Source: Paraspadella gotoi
Taxonomy: Eukaryota; Animalia; Chaetognatha
Length of the DNA: 64,000 bases
Direction of reading: 5' to 3'
Assembly (NCBI GenBank): GCA_051294375.1
Contig: CM119271.1
Location: 3,379,061 to 3,443,060, forward strand
This document shows, one piece after another, positions 42,340 to 53,628 of the stretch. Under the pieces are notes generated by a model. It searched no databases, was not told the origin of the DNA, and was given only the letters and a program-made list of their open reading frames with translations. Position 1 is the first letter of the stretch. Every line of letters begins with the position of its first letter. Both the position numbers and the translations under genes were made by a program.

Positions 42340-45117
42340 CTACCGCATCATGGGACGATGATGAAGTCTGTTAATTTTTTCGCAGGACCCCGCCGACAAT
42401 TTCAACACTTCCGCCATGTAGTCGGCCTCGGGTTCTTCAGTCTTTCCTCCTTTCGCCTTTTTAGTCTTCATCACCATGCCTGTTTTGAGAACTTTTCCGC
42501 CAATTTTCCGGCCCACCATGCCCAACGTGGAGCGAGTCTTTTCATTTGCCCCCGACTTCATTTTAGACGCGAGGTGTTTCGGGGGCATGGAGACGGCGGA
42601 GAACCTTTTCGGGAGGGAGAAGCCGGGGTCTTTCGGCTCGAGCGAGCCGTCTGCGACCGAAACGGTCTTCTTGTGGTCGGAAGATTGTCCCTCATGGTTT
42701 GTCGGGTCTTCTTGCCCGGAAGGTTCTGATGGCTGCATATAGCTGAAAAGGGTAGGGAACCAAGGGGCGGTCACGGCGGAAGTCGCGGGCGCTCCAAAGC
42801 CGACGACAGAAGTTTGCGAAGTAGCGGCCTTCGGCGCGAGCGGGGAAAATCGAGAGGGTCTGTTCTGAACTTTTTGAGGCATCTTAGGAATCGAAGGAGA
42901 TGCGTCATTTTTCGAGGAATATTCGGGAGGTTTGATGAAGGCGGGAAGGGAAGAAACGACCACCTCTTCTCCGTCCGTGGCTTTCGCATGGCCAACGGGC
43001 GACGGCGAGCGCGAATGAACAGAGGAATTGGGTCTCCGGTGGGGAAGGCCTCCACTTATGGATCGCGAACGCGAACTATCTCTCGCGGAAGCACTGGGGG
43101 ATATCGACATTTTCGAACGACGCGAGGGCGAGCGCTCCGGCGATGCACGTCTGGAACAATATCGTTCTGATTCGGTCGAGGTTCTTTTCAAAGTTTTTTC
43201 TCGAGAGTCTCTCCGATCAGAATTTCTAGAGGGCGTTCGACTCAAAGATCTACCGGAATAATGATGAGAGCGACGACTCGGCGAACCAGAAAAAGAATCA
43301 TCCCTAGAACGAGAGCAACGCCGAGGAGAATAATTAGAGCGCGATCGTTCGGAATTTCTGGAATACGGACGACGCGACGAAGATGCCTCGGGAGAATGCT
43401 TTTCGGATTGTCGAGAGGCCGATCGCCCTAAAGAATTACCCGAAGGAGACCGTGACGGTCGAGAAAGTGACTTGTGAGAAACCCGAGTTCTTGATCGATC
43501 AGAAGGTGATCGTCGGGAGGAAAACTGAGGAGGGGAATCCCGAGTATACGAGTCTGGAGAATGACCGGAAAGCGAACGCTGCCTTGGCGACGAAGGCCTT
43601 AATGCGGATCCAGTCCGATGAGAGGAACGTGCTGATTGATTATCATCAGAAGGAGTTTCATTTTCGATCAATTGAGATCCTTGAATATAGTGCCCTAGTT
43701 TAAGTTCGTATTCGCTTTTGAATTGATCTTTTTGATCCGGCACTTCATCGTTGGTCTTTCTTTGATTTTCAACGCGGATCGAAGAGTATGATCGTAAACC
43801 CGGCAGCGGCTCGCCAATGTCGATTATGGCGGCAGAAGCAGATTCTATTTTCCGTAACAGTTCGTCGTAGTGACTTTCGTCTGAGGGGTCAAAATCTGGA
43901 ACCACTTTATTATCAGAATCACACTGTGGCTGTTCCACAGGTGGAAAAGAAAAGGGTTTGGGATTTCGATAATCTGAATCGGATACTTCCTCCTGATTTC
44001 GGCTTACTAGAGGAGCGGTTTGAAAATCTGCGCCAGCCGCTTGACGGCCTCCCTCGTGGTAAAAGCTTTCGCTCTCCCCTTGCAACCGGGAATCGCGACA
44101 TCCACGTTCTCGATCCTCGAATCCCCGCAATTTCGTCGGCTCGTCTTTCTCGCATTGAACGATCACGTTTTGAAGTTGGTTTTTTTCCCGCGTGATTTCC
44201 TCCAGTTTTTCCATGCAAATCTGGGCCTGACGCCGAAGTTGGTCTTCGAATTCCGGATCCAAAACTTTTTGTCCGTGATAAGAATCGATATCAGCGTCTA
44301 TTTTCCGCAACTGTGCCATGAACTCGCTCTCCCGCTCGTTCAAGACGCTCATTTCCAGCGACAATATCTCCCGCCGATGCTGAGTCGATTCAGAAGACCC
44401 CCCCTCGGTCATCTCCGCTCCCGTCGGACTTTCGATCTGATCCACGTCACGACCGGTGATGGGAGCGCGACGACTCGTCTCCCGGGAACAGGCCGAACCG
44501 CCCCTCATTTCCCGCAGCTTCACCGTCTTCTCTTGTTGAAGTCTCGCCATACGCAGAAGCTCTTCGTCGTTGTTGGTCGAGTTGGAATTCGGGAAATACG
44601 AAGACGATAGACCGTCGAATCCTGGCGAAAATAGTCGAGAGATCCTTCGGATCCTCCCGCTGCCGAACTGACCGGCAACGACTCTTGCGACCTCTTCCGA
44701 ATCGACGGAGCCGCGTCCTCGGCCCATGCGCTGAACGAGTTCGGCGTGACTCGTTTGGAGAAAGATTTGTCGGTGACGCTTGGAAATGACGTGGGATGGG
44801 ACGACGTCTTCGGTCAGACCCATCTCGTCGCAACAAAGACATTCGTAGGCGAGAAAACCGTCAATCCGTTCGCGTTCCTTTAAAAAAAAAAGACGCAATT
44901 TTTGGGGGCGAGTGGTGGGGTGGGGGGGGGGTAGAGAGAGGCCTGAGTGAAGGGGAAAAGGATCCGAGCGAATTGTTTACGAAAAGGTTACGGGCCGGAC
45001 GATTACCTGGATACAGTCCAAGCCCACTACGGGCTCAGTCATCAATGAGAGAAGATGTTCTATGTTGGATGTTTTGTCATCGGCTGAAGTAGACGGTCCG
45101 TCGAAAGACGACCACAT
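42340..45117 (-). CDS. Zinc-finger + coiled coil + RS-rich protein with C-terminal TRIR (C19orf43)-like domain; two coding exons
   Basis: Exon 45117-45007 (MWSSFDG...EPVVGLDCIQ) splices in phase to exon 44877-42340 (YECLCC...H...HR, long Ser/Arg tract). The C-terminus VGRKIGGKVLKTGMVMK...YMAEV...C...RPMMR resembles TRIR VGKRRGG..LKTGIVAKK...YMAEVKKY...RPLVK. Confidence 0.7.
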
Positions 45118-45239
45118 TTTCAGCGACTAAACCGTCTTTGATAAGGTAGACTTGATTAAAAAAAAAAATTACGTATACTTGTAAAAGAGTTACAAGTACG
45201 AAAATACTAAATTTCCCGAAGACGGAGAAAAGAATAATT

Positions 45240-47308
45240 TTTGCCGAGATTATTTATTGGCCTTTTATAATTTAAGCAAATCACATTTGCCAACAATGTA
45301 GCTGAGAAAGTAGCTTTCGTAGATAACCATATGGGTTTTAGGGGACATGTAAAAATTTTCATTAGGGGGGGAAACATACTCAATTTTAAAGTTCTTAAAA
45401 CAGGAAACGTTTCTGTGCAAAACCGAAAAACTTTGGGAAAACCAACTGCAGCCGATGTCAAAGGCGAATGCGAACAAAGTCCACAAATCTGAAAAAATAA
45501 GTCATTAAAATAATTTGGAGAACGCAGGAAGCAAGACAACCCAATAGTCAATACCTTCCCATTTACCTTGGATATAACGATAATCCCTTGAATCTCGTCG
45601 AGGCACCTTGTCGTTCACTTAAGAAAAATAAATTGGTTCAGGAAAAAATAAGCCCGATTCAAACAGCGCAAATTATAGTACAGATGGCTTCATATTATAA
45701 AATGAGGTCGTGCTTTTTTTGTGACCAGGAAAAATTTTATGAAATTTTACATATAGAATCCTAATGTAATGACGATATAAATGGAACTATGTTCTGTGGT
45801 TGGGCTGGACCCCAGGGGGGCCAGAAAAGGCTAATAATTTTAATTAATTAATTTTAATTTTTAAAACTAAAATTTAGAAATTTTTTGCTAATTAAGTATT
45901 TTTTAAAAATGCATGGTTTATCATTTTACTACCAATTACTACCAAAAAATTTGACTTGAACCACTGTTGTTCATGAACCTGAAAATTAAGGTAAACTAAT
46001 ATTTTTGTGGTAATAAATATGTTTTTGTGGAAGAATTTATAAACGTCTGTACAACTGATTAAAACAAAAATAATTTAAAAATTTTTTGACCATTTTTCAC
46101 CTCTATGGGGAACCTCATAACCCCATATCTCGGCTCAGAGGTCAAATATTGAAATTCGCCTCGATAGTTCTATTTATATTCACATCTGGACCGTTAATAC
46201 CAAATTTAGATAAATTTGGTCCAGTAGTTTTTTCGGAATAGATTCTGGTCACAAAAAAGCACGACCTCACTTTATAATATTAAGCCTTCTGTATATAGTA
46301 TAGTATAGTAAATATAATTGGAATTAGTGGCCTCATTTAGAATGAGGATAAAATAAGAAATTGAAAATAGCTAATTTCTAAATATAGAAAAAAGAAGAAA
46401 AAAATTACCTCAATGAATTCCATTTCTTCTTGCACGTTGGTTTAGGCCGACACTAAACGAAAAATACATTTAAGGAAAACAATTATTAGATTAATGAGGT
46501 GTTTTTATTCATATCAAGTAATGATACAGATTGATGCATAAATACATTAACAGGCAAATAAAAAAAAAACAACAAAAACAAAAAAAATGAATGATATCCT
46601 GTGAAAGTTCCGAGTGTAGCTACTGCAGTTGACAAACCAAAATTTCCGGAGATTTATAATTTATTACTTATAACCAATTAAATGTTAACGATAATGGTAA
46701 CAAAAATAATAAATTCGCACCTGAGTCCGAGATTTGTTCCAAAAAATAAAATTTGGGAGTTGACTTGAGCCCGTTGTTCTGTAGGCGAACCTCTCACTTG
46801 TCCTCACCTAAAAAAACAACTAATTATAAAAAAATGTGTTTATTATAACTGTAGAATAATAAGGTGAACAATCTGTATTGTACGGATTTAAAGGTTTCTA
46901 TATAGCTGAGCTAAATGACAATAATTAATTAAAGGTTTTCTCACCGATAAAAACAAATGCTAATATTATTTACCTGAAATACTTAGATATACAGAGAAGC
47001 ACAATTGTTGAATGTGACCGCGTCGAGTAGAACTAGGATTTTTGTCGTGTGTTCAATGTTCATTTTTATATCACACCTGAAAAAAAAACACTAAAATTTG
47101 TTAAGTATAACATGTTTAGTACGACTATTTATTACTCGGAAAAGGTAATAACTGTGGTTATTTAAAAAAATACTATCTAATATTTTTTTCGTATGTCAAG
47201 CTGCTACCGTAAGTATAATTTTTCGTTAATTGGTTAACTAATCTGTTCCAAATCTTACCATTTAGTTTATGCTTCCGTCAGAGCAGGAGAGACCAAGTAA
47301 CATATCAC
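45240..47308 (-). ncRNA. Possible spliced non-coding transcript or multi-exon 5'UTR
   Basis: Series of short AG..GT-bounded segments (about 47308-47260, 47076-46974, 46807-46721, 46452-46409, 45618-45568, 45488-) with no continuous ORF; AATAAA near 45255. Confidence 0.35.
45679..46293. mobile_element. MITE, third copy of the TA-CAGA(A/T)GGCTTCATATTATAAAATG family
   Basis: TIRs at 45679 and 46293 with TA flanks; interior homologous to 13868-14510. Confidence 0.9.
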
Positions 47309-47497
47309 TGGAAAATGATGAAAAAATGAGTTAAATTTTTATTTGTGCCACCCCATTCAACACGAGACAAAAGAAAATGTTGTGGATGAACATCGAACAT
47401 GAACATAAAAAACGACAAACCAATAAGAAAAAGCCATAATGACGGACTCGGCCGGACCAACAAAATCATTGGCAATAAGCATTCAATCCGCCATCAA

Positions 47498-50008
47498 CTA
47501 CATCCGTTTCCTCTCGAACGCAACGACGAGTTCCACGTGACACTTGGCGATCTTCCTCATCTCCTCGCGCAAATTCTGAGACGACTTCAAGTCCTTGACG
47601 AAACTCTTGCTGACGGCGTAGAGGCGTTTGAAGCATTCGGCGAAGACTGGGTCCTGACGGGCAACTCCGGCTTCCTTCAAGACGGCCACGCAGACTTCTT
47701 TTAACTTTCTCTTGTTCCTCTCGGATCGAGTCTCTTTGACGCCGGTATCCGACGAGGCCAACTCAGTCGACGCCGCGACGTTGCGAAACGCCTCCGAAGC
47801 AGCAGCGGACGAAGAGGGTAATGATTTCCGAGAAAGACGGTCCATCGAAATACCGCTCGTCGACGCCGCTCGGGTGCCATCCTTCGAAGGGCTTCGTCGT
47901 CTCCGTGGACCCTTGACCGGCGAGGATAGTCGACCTTTGGCTCGAATGACGAGCTTTCTCGCTGCAGGACTCAAAACGTCCTTCTTCGGCGTTTTTCTAG
48001 GCGTTCTTTGCAAGCTGCTGCCGAGCCCGGCGGGACCGCCACGCGAAATCTTTGTCGGGGTCGTCGGACCTTTCCTTTTCCTTCCCTTTCCGACGCAAAA
48101 CAAGTCGAAGTGATCGACTATCAATCCAGTGCCGGTTCGCGAGGCTTTTGACGCCGTGAATAAACCGGTCCCGGCGTTGACGGCATTAACCGCGACAAAT
48201 CGTTTCGACGTGGTCGCCATTGTCTCGACAGGCTGGCAGCGTGTCTTCAGCATGTGAATCTCCTGCGCCTTTTCCTCGGACTCGGATCCTCGGTTGTAGT
48301 AAACGTCGTGCCATTGGATCTCCTTCACTTCCGGCCAGGGGAGCGTTGCCACGGCGAGGCCGTCGAACGAAGGCTTTCGTTCCGGGCGGACCGAATTGCT
48401 CCGCCATCGATCCCCATATTTATGAAGAATCTCTTCCGCGGAGACCCTGACGCTGAAAGGGTCGTCGGGCGCTTCCGTCACGAACGTCGAGTCCCCGGCA
48501 TCCATTGATTCGCCGGCGTGACAGGCGTCACCGGCGACTCGCCAGATCTTGAGAAATTCTTCGGCGTCGTCCGTCTCTTCGGCAAATGGGGAGAGGCCGT
48601 CTACCGTACCGCGCCGATCCTGAAACTTCCCATCGAAACTCTTAGACAGACGTCCCAAAGAATCTTCGAACGCCAGTTTATCGCTGGTAAAGGATAGGAT
48701 CGTCTCTTCAAGAACGGAGGCGTCCTCTAAAACGGGGAGATCCGAGAGCGCCGATAGGACCGCCACGGAGGGCTTAATTGTTTTTGTCGAAATCCCCGAA
48801 TTAGTCTCGAAGACGGCGGCGTTCAATTCGAGCTCCGTTTTCATCCTACAGAGACGCAAAGTGCGCGGGTCCTTAGTGGGAAACGCCACAAACGTGGCCC
48901 GTCGCTTGTCCTTCGCCGACTCGAAAGTCCGATCGGGGCAGGGACGAGGAAAAACGAATTCCGCCGCCGTGATCTCGCCCGATTCGTTACGCGTCGATGC
49001 CGCTAGTTTGTCCCAATGGCGCCGACCGGCGCCGTTTTGTTTACAGGAAGGAGGCGCAGCGGCGTCTATGATGAAATCCAAAAATAAAATGGCGGCGAGA
49101 TCCGGGGAGGATGAGAGGAGATTGAAAAGGTCGTCGTCATCGTCGTCTCGGTCTTCATCGTTGTCGGAAGAGGCGCAAAAGTCGACGGTGAGAGCGAAGG
49201 AAGTGGAGTCAAGTCGGTGCAAAGGCAAATTCCTCGCTAAAACGATTTTCTTCACTGCGAACCCGTGACCCAAACAAAGGCGGTGACACCGAGCGTCGCT
49301 TTCCCCAGATGGCGAAGAGCTTAGTCGAGCAGCTCTTTTCTTCGAGTGGACGCGACCGCTGAACGACGACTCTGGAATTTCGCTGAGAAACAACTTCACT
49401 CTCGCCCCCGACCTTCCGACGACTCCTGACCAAATTCGACGAGGGTCGAACAACTTTGCAGGAAGAAATTCTTTCGCGGGAAGAACGAGGGCGCCGAGGG
49501 CATGAATCCACGGCACCAGCCAGGGGGCCGTTTGCGCGTCTAAGGCGCCATCTTCGACATTAAGGATCGCTTTGGCGTCGAACCATTCCACGGCGCGTTT
49601 CACCGCTCCGAAAAGCTCAATGTGGTCCTCGGCAGGCCAGGCGGAACGAGTGGTCCAAACTATCGTCAGCAACGTCTGTCCGCCGAGGGTGGACGGGAGT
49701 TCATCGAGGAGGCGATGGAGAAAAATGGCAGCGCGGGAGGAGGATTCGACGGGATCGAGGTCCTTGTCATCGACACCGGGAACGGAAAGGGCGGACGGTT
49801 TGGACCAATCAGAAGCCGCGGAACCGAAGCCAGTACGGCGGGAAACGTCTTGAACGAAATATGAAATCACGTGATTTGGAAAACCAGATACGGCGCACTC
49901 GAATCGAACCTCGTCCTCAGTGGGGAGGATTGAGAATGAGGGGTCGCTCGAAGGAAGGATGGATTCAAGGTTTAAGGCCACGATATGATGATCACGATAA
50001 AAATACAT
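47498..50008 (-). CDS. MTBP: Mdm2-binding protein (Sld7 counterpart, Treslin partner), single-exon ORF
   Basis: 836-aa ORF. C-terminal KETRSERNKRKLKEV...CFKRLYAVSKSFVKDLKSSQNLREEMRK matches the remembered MTBP C-terminal domain (KESRSQKH...[25 protein letters not shown]); clustered S/T-P CDK sites precede it. Confidence 0.85.
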   Translation of the reverse strand: MYFYRDHHIVALNLESILPSSDPSFSILPTEDEVRFECAVSGFPNHVISYFVQDVSRRTGFGSAASDWSKPSALSVPGVDDKDLDPVESSSRAAIFLHRLLDELPSTLGGQTLLTIVWTTRSAWPAEDHIELFGAVKRAVEWFDAKAILNVEDGALDAQTAPWLVPWIHALGALVLPAKEFLPAKLFDPRRIWSGVVGRSGARVKLFLSEIPESSFSGRVHSKKRAARLSSSPSGESDARCHRLCLGHGFAVKKIVLARNLPLHRLDSTSFALTVDFCASSDNDEDRDDDDDDLFNLLSSSPDLAAILFLDFIIDAAAPPSCKQNGAGRRHWDKLAASTRNESGEITAAEFVFPRPCPDRTFESAKDKRRATFVAFPTKDPRTLRLCRMKTELELNAAVFETNSGISTKTIKPSVAVLSALSDLPVLEDASVLEETILSFTSDKLAFEDSLGRLSKSFDGKFQDRRGTVDGLSPFAEETDDAEEFLKIWRVAGDACHAGESMDAGDSTFVTEAPDDPFSVRVSAEEILHKYGDRWRSNSVRPERKPSFDGLAVATLPWPEVKEIQWHDVYYNRGSESEEKAQEIHMLKTRCQPVETMATTSKRFVAVNAVNAGTGLFTASKASRTGTGLIVDHFDLFCVGKGRKRKGPTTPTKISRGGPAGLGSSLQRTPRKTPKKDVLSPAARKLVIRAKGRLSSPVKGPRRRRSPSKDGTRAASTSGISMDRLSRKSLPSSSAAASEAFRNVAASTELASSDTGVKETRSERNKRKLKEVCVAVLKEAGVARQDPVFAECFKRLYAVSKSFVKDLKSSQNLREEMRKIAKCHVELVVAFERKRM

Positions 50009-50128
50009 CTCGAAAAAATGATACTAAGAATTAAAAATCACAAAATCAATCACGAAAATATTCATCGGATGAATCAGATTCGAAAACGAAAGTTTTAGTA
50101 TTTTTTACAACGATTTTTATTTACAAAT

Positions 50129-50174
50129 ATTGGACATGTTTCGATCTCTGTTTTTCGAGTCTTCATCAGCATTT
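50129..50174 (-). ncRNA. Minimal hammerhead ribozyme in left pLTR (stem II with bulge)
   Basis: Minus strand TG CTGATGA A GACTC gaaaaaca GAGATC GAAA CAT GTC CA. Confidence 0.65.
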
Positions 50175-50211
50175 GACAGTTGTATTTTTTCACAATCATA
50201 AAGTTGGGGAT

Positions 50212-50261
<50 letters not shown>

Positions 50262-52474
50262 CCAACAAAGAATTGAGAAGGACAGTGGTCAGAATTCAGG
50301 ACAGGTGAAGGTAAGGACAGGAGAAAGGGAAATAAGTTGATTTTGAAATGGTGAAAAAGAGAGAGAGAGAGAGAGAGAGAACATTACATTTTGAAATGTA
50401 CAACAAAGATAAATGAATCAGTAAACTAAATGATAATAACAAATAATAATAAATAGTTGATTTAACTAATGGAGTATAAGTGAAAGTGAAATTTGAAGAA
50501 TAAGTGGTGAGGGATAGGTAAGTAAAGATTTTAGTTAAAATTAAGTTAGGAAAGAAGCTCAAATTGAGCTGGCCCCCCCCCGGCCGGGCAAATGGGGGAC
50601 GTTGACGATGTGATCGGGTCATTGACCTGTCAAAGGCTGAGAAGATATTTTTGTAGAGTTCGACACCCTGGGATCGGGTAGTGATCCACTTGGGAAGATG
50701 CCGAGTGCCACTCGAATATCTCTTTGGCCTGATAAGCCTGCCCTGCCCTCCTCTCACCTGCCGGTGAGGTGGGCGATTGCCTGTTCTTGCCTGCTTGGAT
50801 GCAGGTGATACAGACTCCTCTCCTTCCTCCTGCAGCCGTCGTTTTGGTCGACGCTCAGTGTGAGAAGGGTCACACCAAGTTGCTGTAGGCTCAGGAGAGG
50901 CATCGGACGTCCATTGCCTGCTGAGAGGCCTCCGCCTGCCACCGTTGAGTGGGGACAGGGGAATCACCGTGCGGTTGGGGTGGTGTAGGGTGTTCCACCG
51001 CCAACTTGATGAGCGAATCGTAGCTTGGAGGGAGCTCGAATCGTCCTCCATCACGGTTCAGAGAGGGCTCGAGGGCTTTGATGTAAATTGCCTCTCTAAT
51101 ACCTCTTGAGAACCAGTTTTGGTCATGGGACAGCATGAGACAGTCAGTTTCTCTAAACAGATGGCCCGTATTGGCCGAATGTTCTGCTATGGCCGACAGG
51201 TAGTGGCCTCGACTGTCTTTATACGGCTTCTTGTGCTGTTGGAACCGATCTGATAGAGACTTCCCTGTCTCACCCACGTATGCTGCTGTGCAGGCTTGGT
51301 TGCCCGCCCCTGCACAGGCCGCCCAATAGACGGCTCCTGATGTTTTGGTCTGGGGATTTTGTCTTTCGGTTTCACCAATTGCTCACGTAAAGAGCCGCGG
51401 GTCGTCACTGAAGTGGAGATCCCCTGCTTTGCTAGCACCCGCACCAAAGCTTCAGTGATCCCCTGGTGGTAGGGGAGGGACAAGTGACCTACGGTCTTGA
51501 GAGCTTCTGCTTATCTCCCGGTTGCGCTGTGGTGGGCGCTGTTGGTACTTCGGCAGCAAGGCCTCGCTCTTCCTCCTGGGGGCGGAGGTTGAGCTTGCGT
51601 CAGCGGTTACTTGGGCAGCCCCTTGGTGGCCACTGCCCTCAGCTTGGTTCAGCCGAAACCTAGCCTTCTCGAATGCCCACAGAGGGTAACCATTGAGCGC
51701 CAAGGCTCTTTTGACATGCTCAAGCTCGGCGGCCTGGAGCTCGGGGTCGACGGAATCAGTTGAGCTCTCCTGGTAAGGGACCTGACCGTGGCGAGCTTGT
51801 GTGACAAGGGAGCATGCGAATCGAAGGGAATATATTGGTCAGTGTGGGTCGGTTTGCGATATACTGAAAATTCCAATGAGCCGCCCTCTCTGCGCTTTAT
51901 AAGCACATCGAGCATTGGAATTTGACCATTCGTCTCCTTTTCGCACGTCCACTTGATGCTCGCTTCAATGCTGTTCAAATGGTTCAGTAGGGTCTCGATG
52001 AGATCCCTTTCACGCCAGGATTGTATCGTCTGCCTTCCGATACCAGAAAAGAACTGACTCTGCCCCATGCAGAGATCGAAAAGAAGCCAAAGCTTCCACT
52101 TCATAGTCCTCCATATAAAAATCTGCCAGAGGACTCGAGGTTGATTTGCCCATCCTAAGCTCAATTTGAGCTTCTTTCCTAACTTAATTTTAACTAAAAT
52201 CTTTACTTACCTATCCCTCACAACTTATTCTTCAAATTTCACTTTCACTTATACTCCATTAGTTAAATCAACTATTTATTATTATTTGTTATTATTCATT
52301 TAGTTTACTGATTCATTTATCTTTGTTGTACATTTCAAAATGTAATGTTTCTCTCTCTCTCTCTCTCTCTTCTCTCTTTTCACCATTTCAAAATCAACTT
52401 ATTTCCCCTTTCTCCTGTCCTTACCTTCACCTGTCCTGAATTCTGACCACTGTCCTTTCTCAATTCTTTGTTGG

Positions 52475-52512
<38 letters not shown>

Positions 52513-52562
52513 TTTCTCTCTCTCTATCCCAACTTTATGATTGTGAAAAAAATACAACTGTC

Positions 52563-52608
52563 AAATGCTGATGAAGACTCGAAAACAAGAGTCGAAACAT
52601 GTCCAATA
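52563..52608 (+). ncRNA. Minimal hammerhead ribozyme in right (inverted) pLTR
   Basis: TG CTGATGA A GACTC gaaaacaa GAGTC GAAA CAT GTC CA. Confidence 0.78.
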
Positions 52609-52945
52609 TTTTGTAAATAAAAATTGTTGTAAAAAATACTAAAACTTTCGTTTTCGAATCTGCTATCTTATTGAACAACGAAAAGAGAGAAAAATTACAC
52701 AATATCGGATGAATCATAATCGACCGGCACTGAGGGACCACACTGGCTAAAAATTCTTAAGACTCAATACATCACTTCATTCAAGCACAATTATTAGGAC
52801 CCAGGAGCTACTTTAATCCTTTCCTTAAGTGACAAGGACATGAGCTTGGTTTAAAAAACTAGACCGGTTTAGTCATTTCAAAAATATTTATAAAAAAGTA
52901 GTTAATAACTAATGAGAGAAGAAAAGATTCTTCGGAAGGGCGGAA

Positions 52946-53442
52946 TCAGCTATCGTTGTCGTCGTCATCTTCGTATCCATCCGGTAAGGCGTTGACCTTT
53001 TTATTGTGAAAAAGAGTGTGGTTTCCGTCGCCCCAAGGAAAGGGTCGCGAACGCTTATACAAGTGATCGTATTCTACAAAAAAAGCCAAAGTTTAAAGTT
53101 ATTAAATTTCTTGGAATTGGGGGGAAAAATAAGAGAGAATTCATCGGGCTAACGTTTTATTCTTAATCGACTGTTTATCGAAACGCTCCGAAAAAAAAAC
53201 TTACTGACAAACTTTGGCCGGTTTTCCACGTATTCATTATACTCCTCCATTTCCGACTTTAAAATTATATTTGACATAATTGGGACTACACCGAAGGCCG
53301 CTCCAAGGCCTATCATTCTCCATAAAGCAAGGTTGCCACCGGCGCTACGACCGGAGCCGTCTCCCAGGCCCTGATGGCGGTAAGTTGTGGAAAATGGGCG
53401 TCGGCTAATGGAGAACCAAAGTTTCCAAAGGACCATTGTCAT
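52946..53442 (-). CDS. COX6A: Cytochrome c oxidase subunit 6A, two exons
   Basis: Exon 1 has LWRMI plus a TM segment and RPKFV; exon 2 (53073-52946) reads [34 protein letters not shown]. Confidence 0.95.
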
Positions 53443-53628
53443 AGATTATATTTAATTAATTATTACAGGAAATTAGCTTTTACCTAACGAAAAAGCATAA
53501 TCAAACAACGATCGATAAAAAAATTTATCAAATTTAACAATAACTATAAATTTAGAATAAAAAATAATCAGTTTATATAGAATTAGATTATATAATATTT
53601 CTATCCGGGAGAAAATTTTCTCTCAACT

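Larger units (their letters stand above)
50077..52703 (-). mobile_element. 5'-truncated Penelope-like retroelement with inverted pLTRs
   Basis: Frameshifted RT C-terminus (HLNSIEASIKWTCEKE, IPMLDV, VYRKPTHTDQY) and GIY-YIG (YVGETG, SAIAEH, REAIYI, LNRDGG). Arms 50075-50570 and 52158-52662 are inverted copies; ATCGGATGAATCA is repeated at 50064 and 52704. Confidence 0.92.

Noticed and set aside
45080-45112. CTGAAGTA-GACGG-T-CCGTC-GAAA ribozyme-like motif
   Set aside because: Non-canonical core, no NUH or stem I, and antisense to a coding exon.
47498-50008. Treslin/TICRR identity suggested by CDK sites
   Set aside because: The C-terminal domain matches MTBP, not Treslin.
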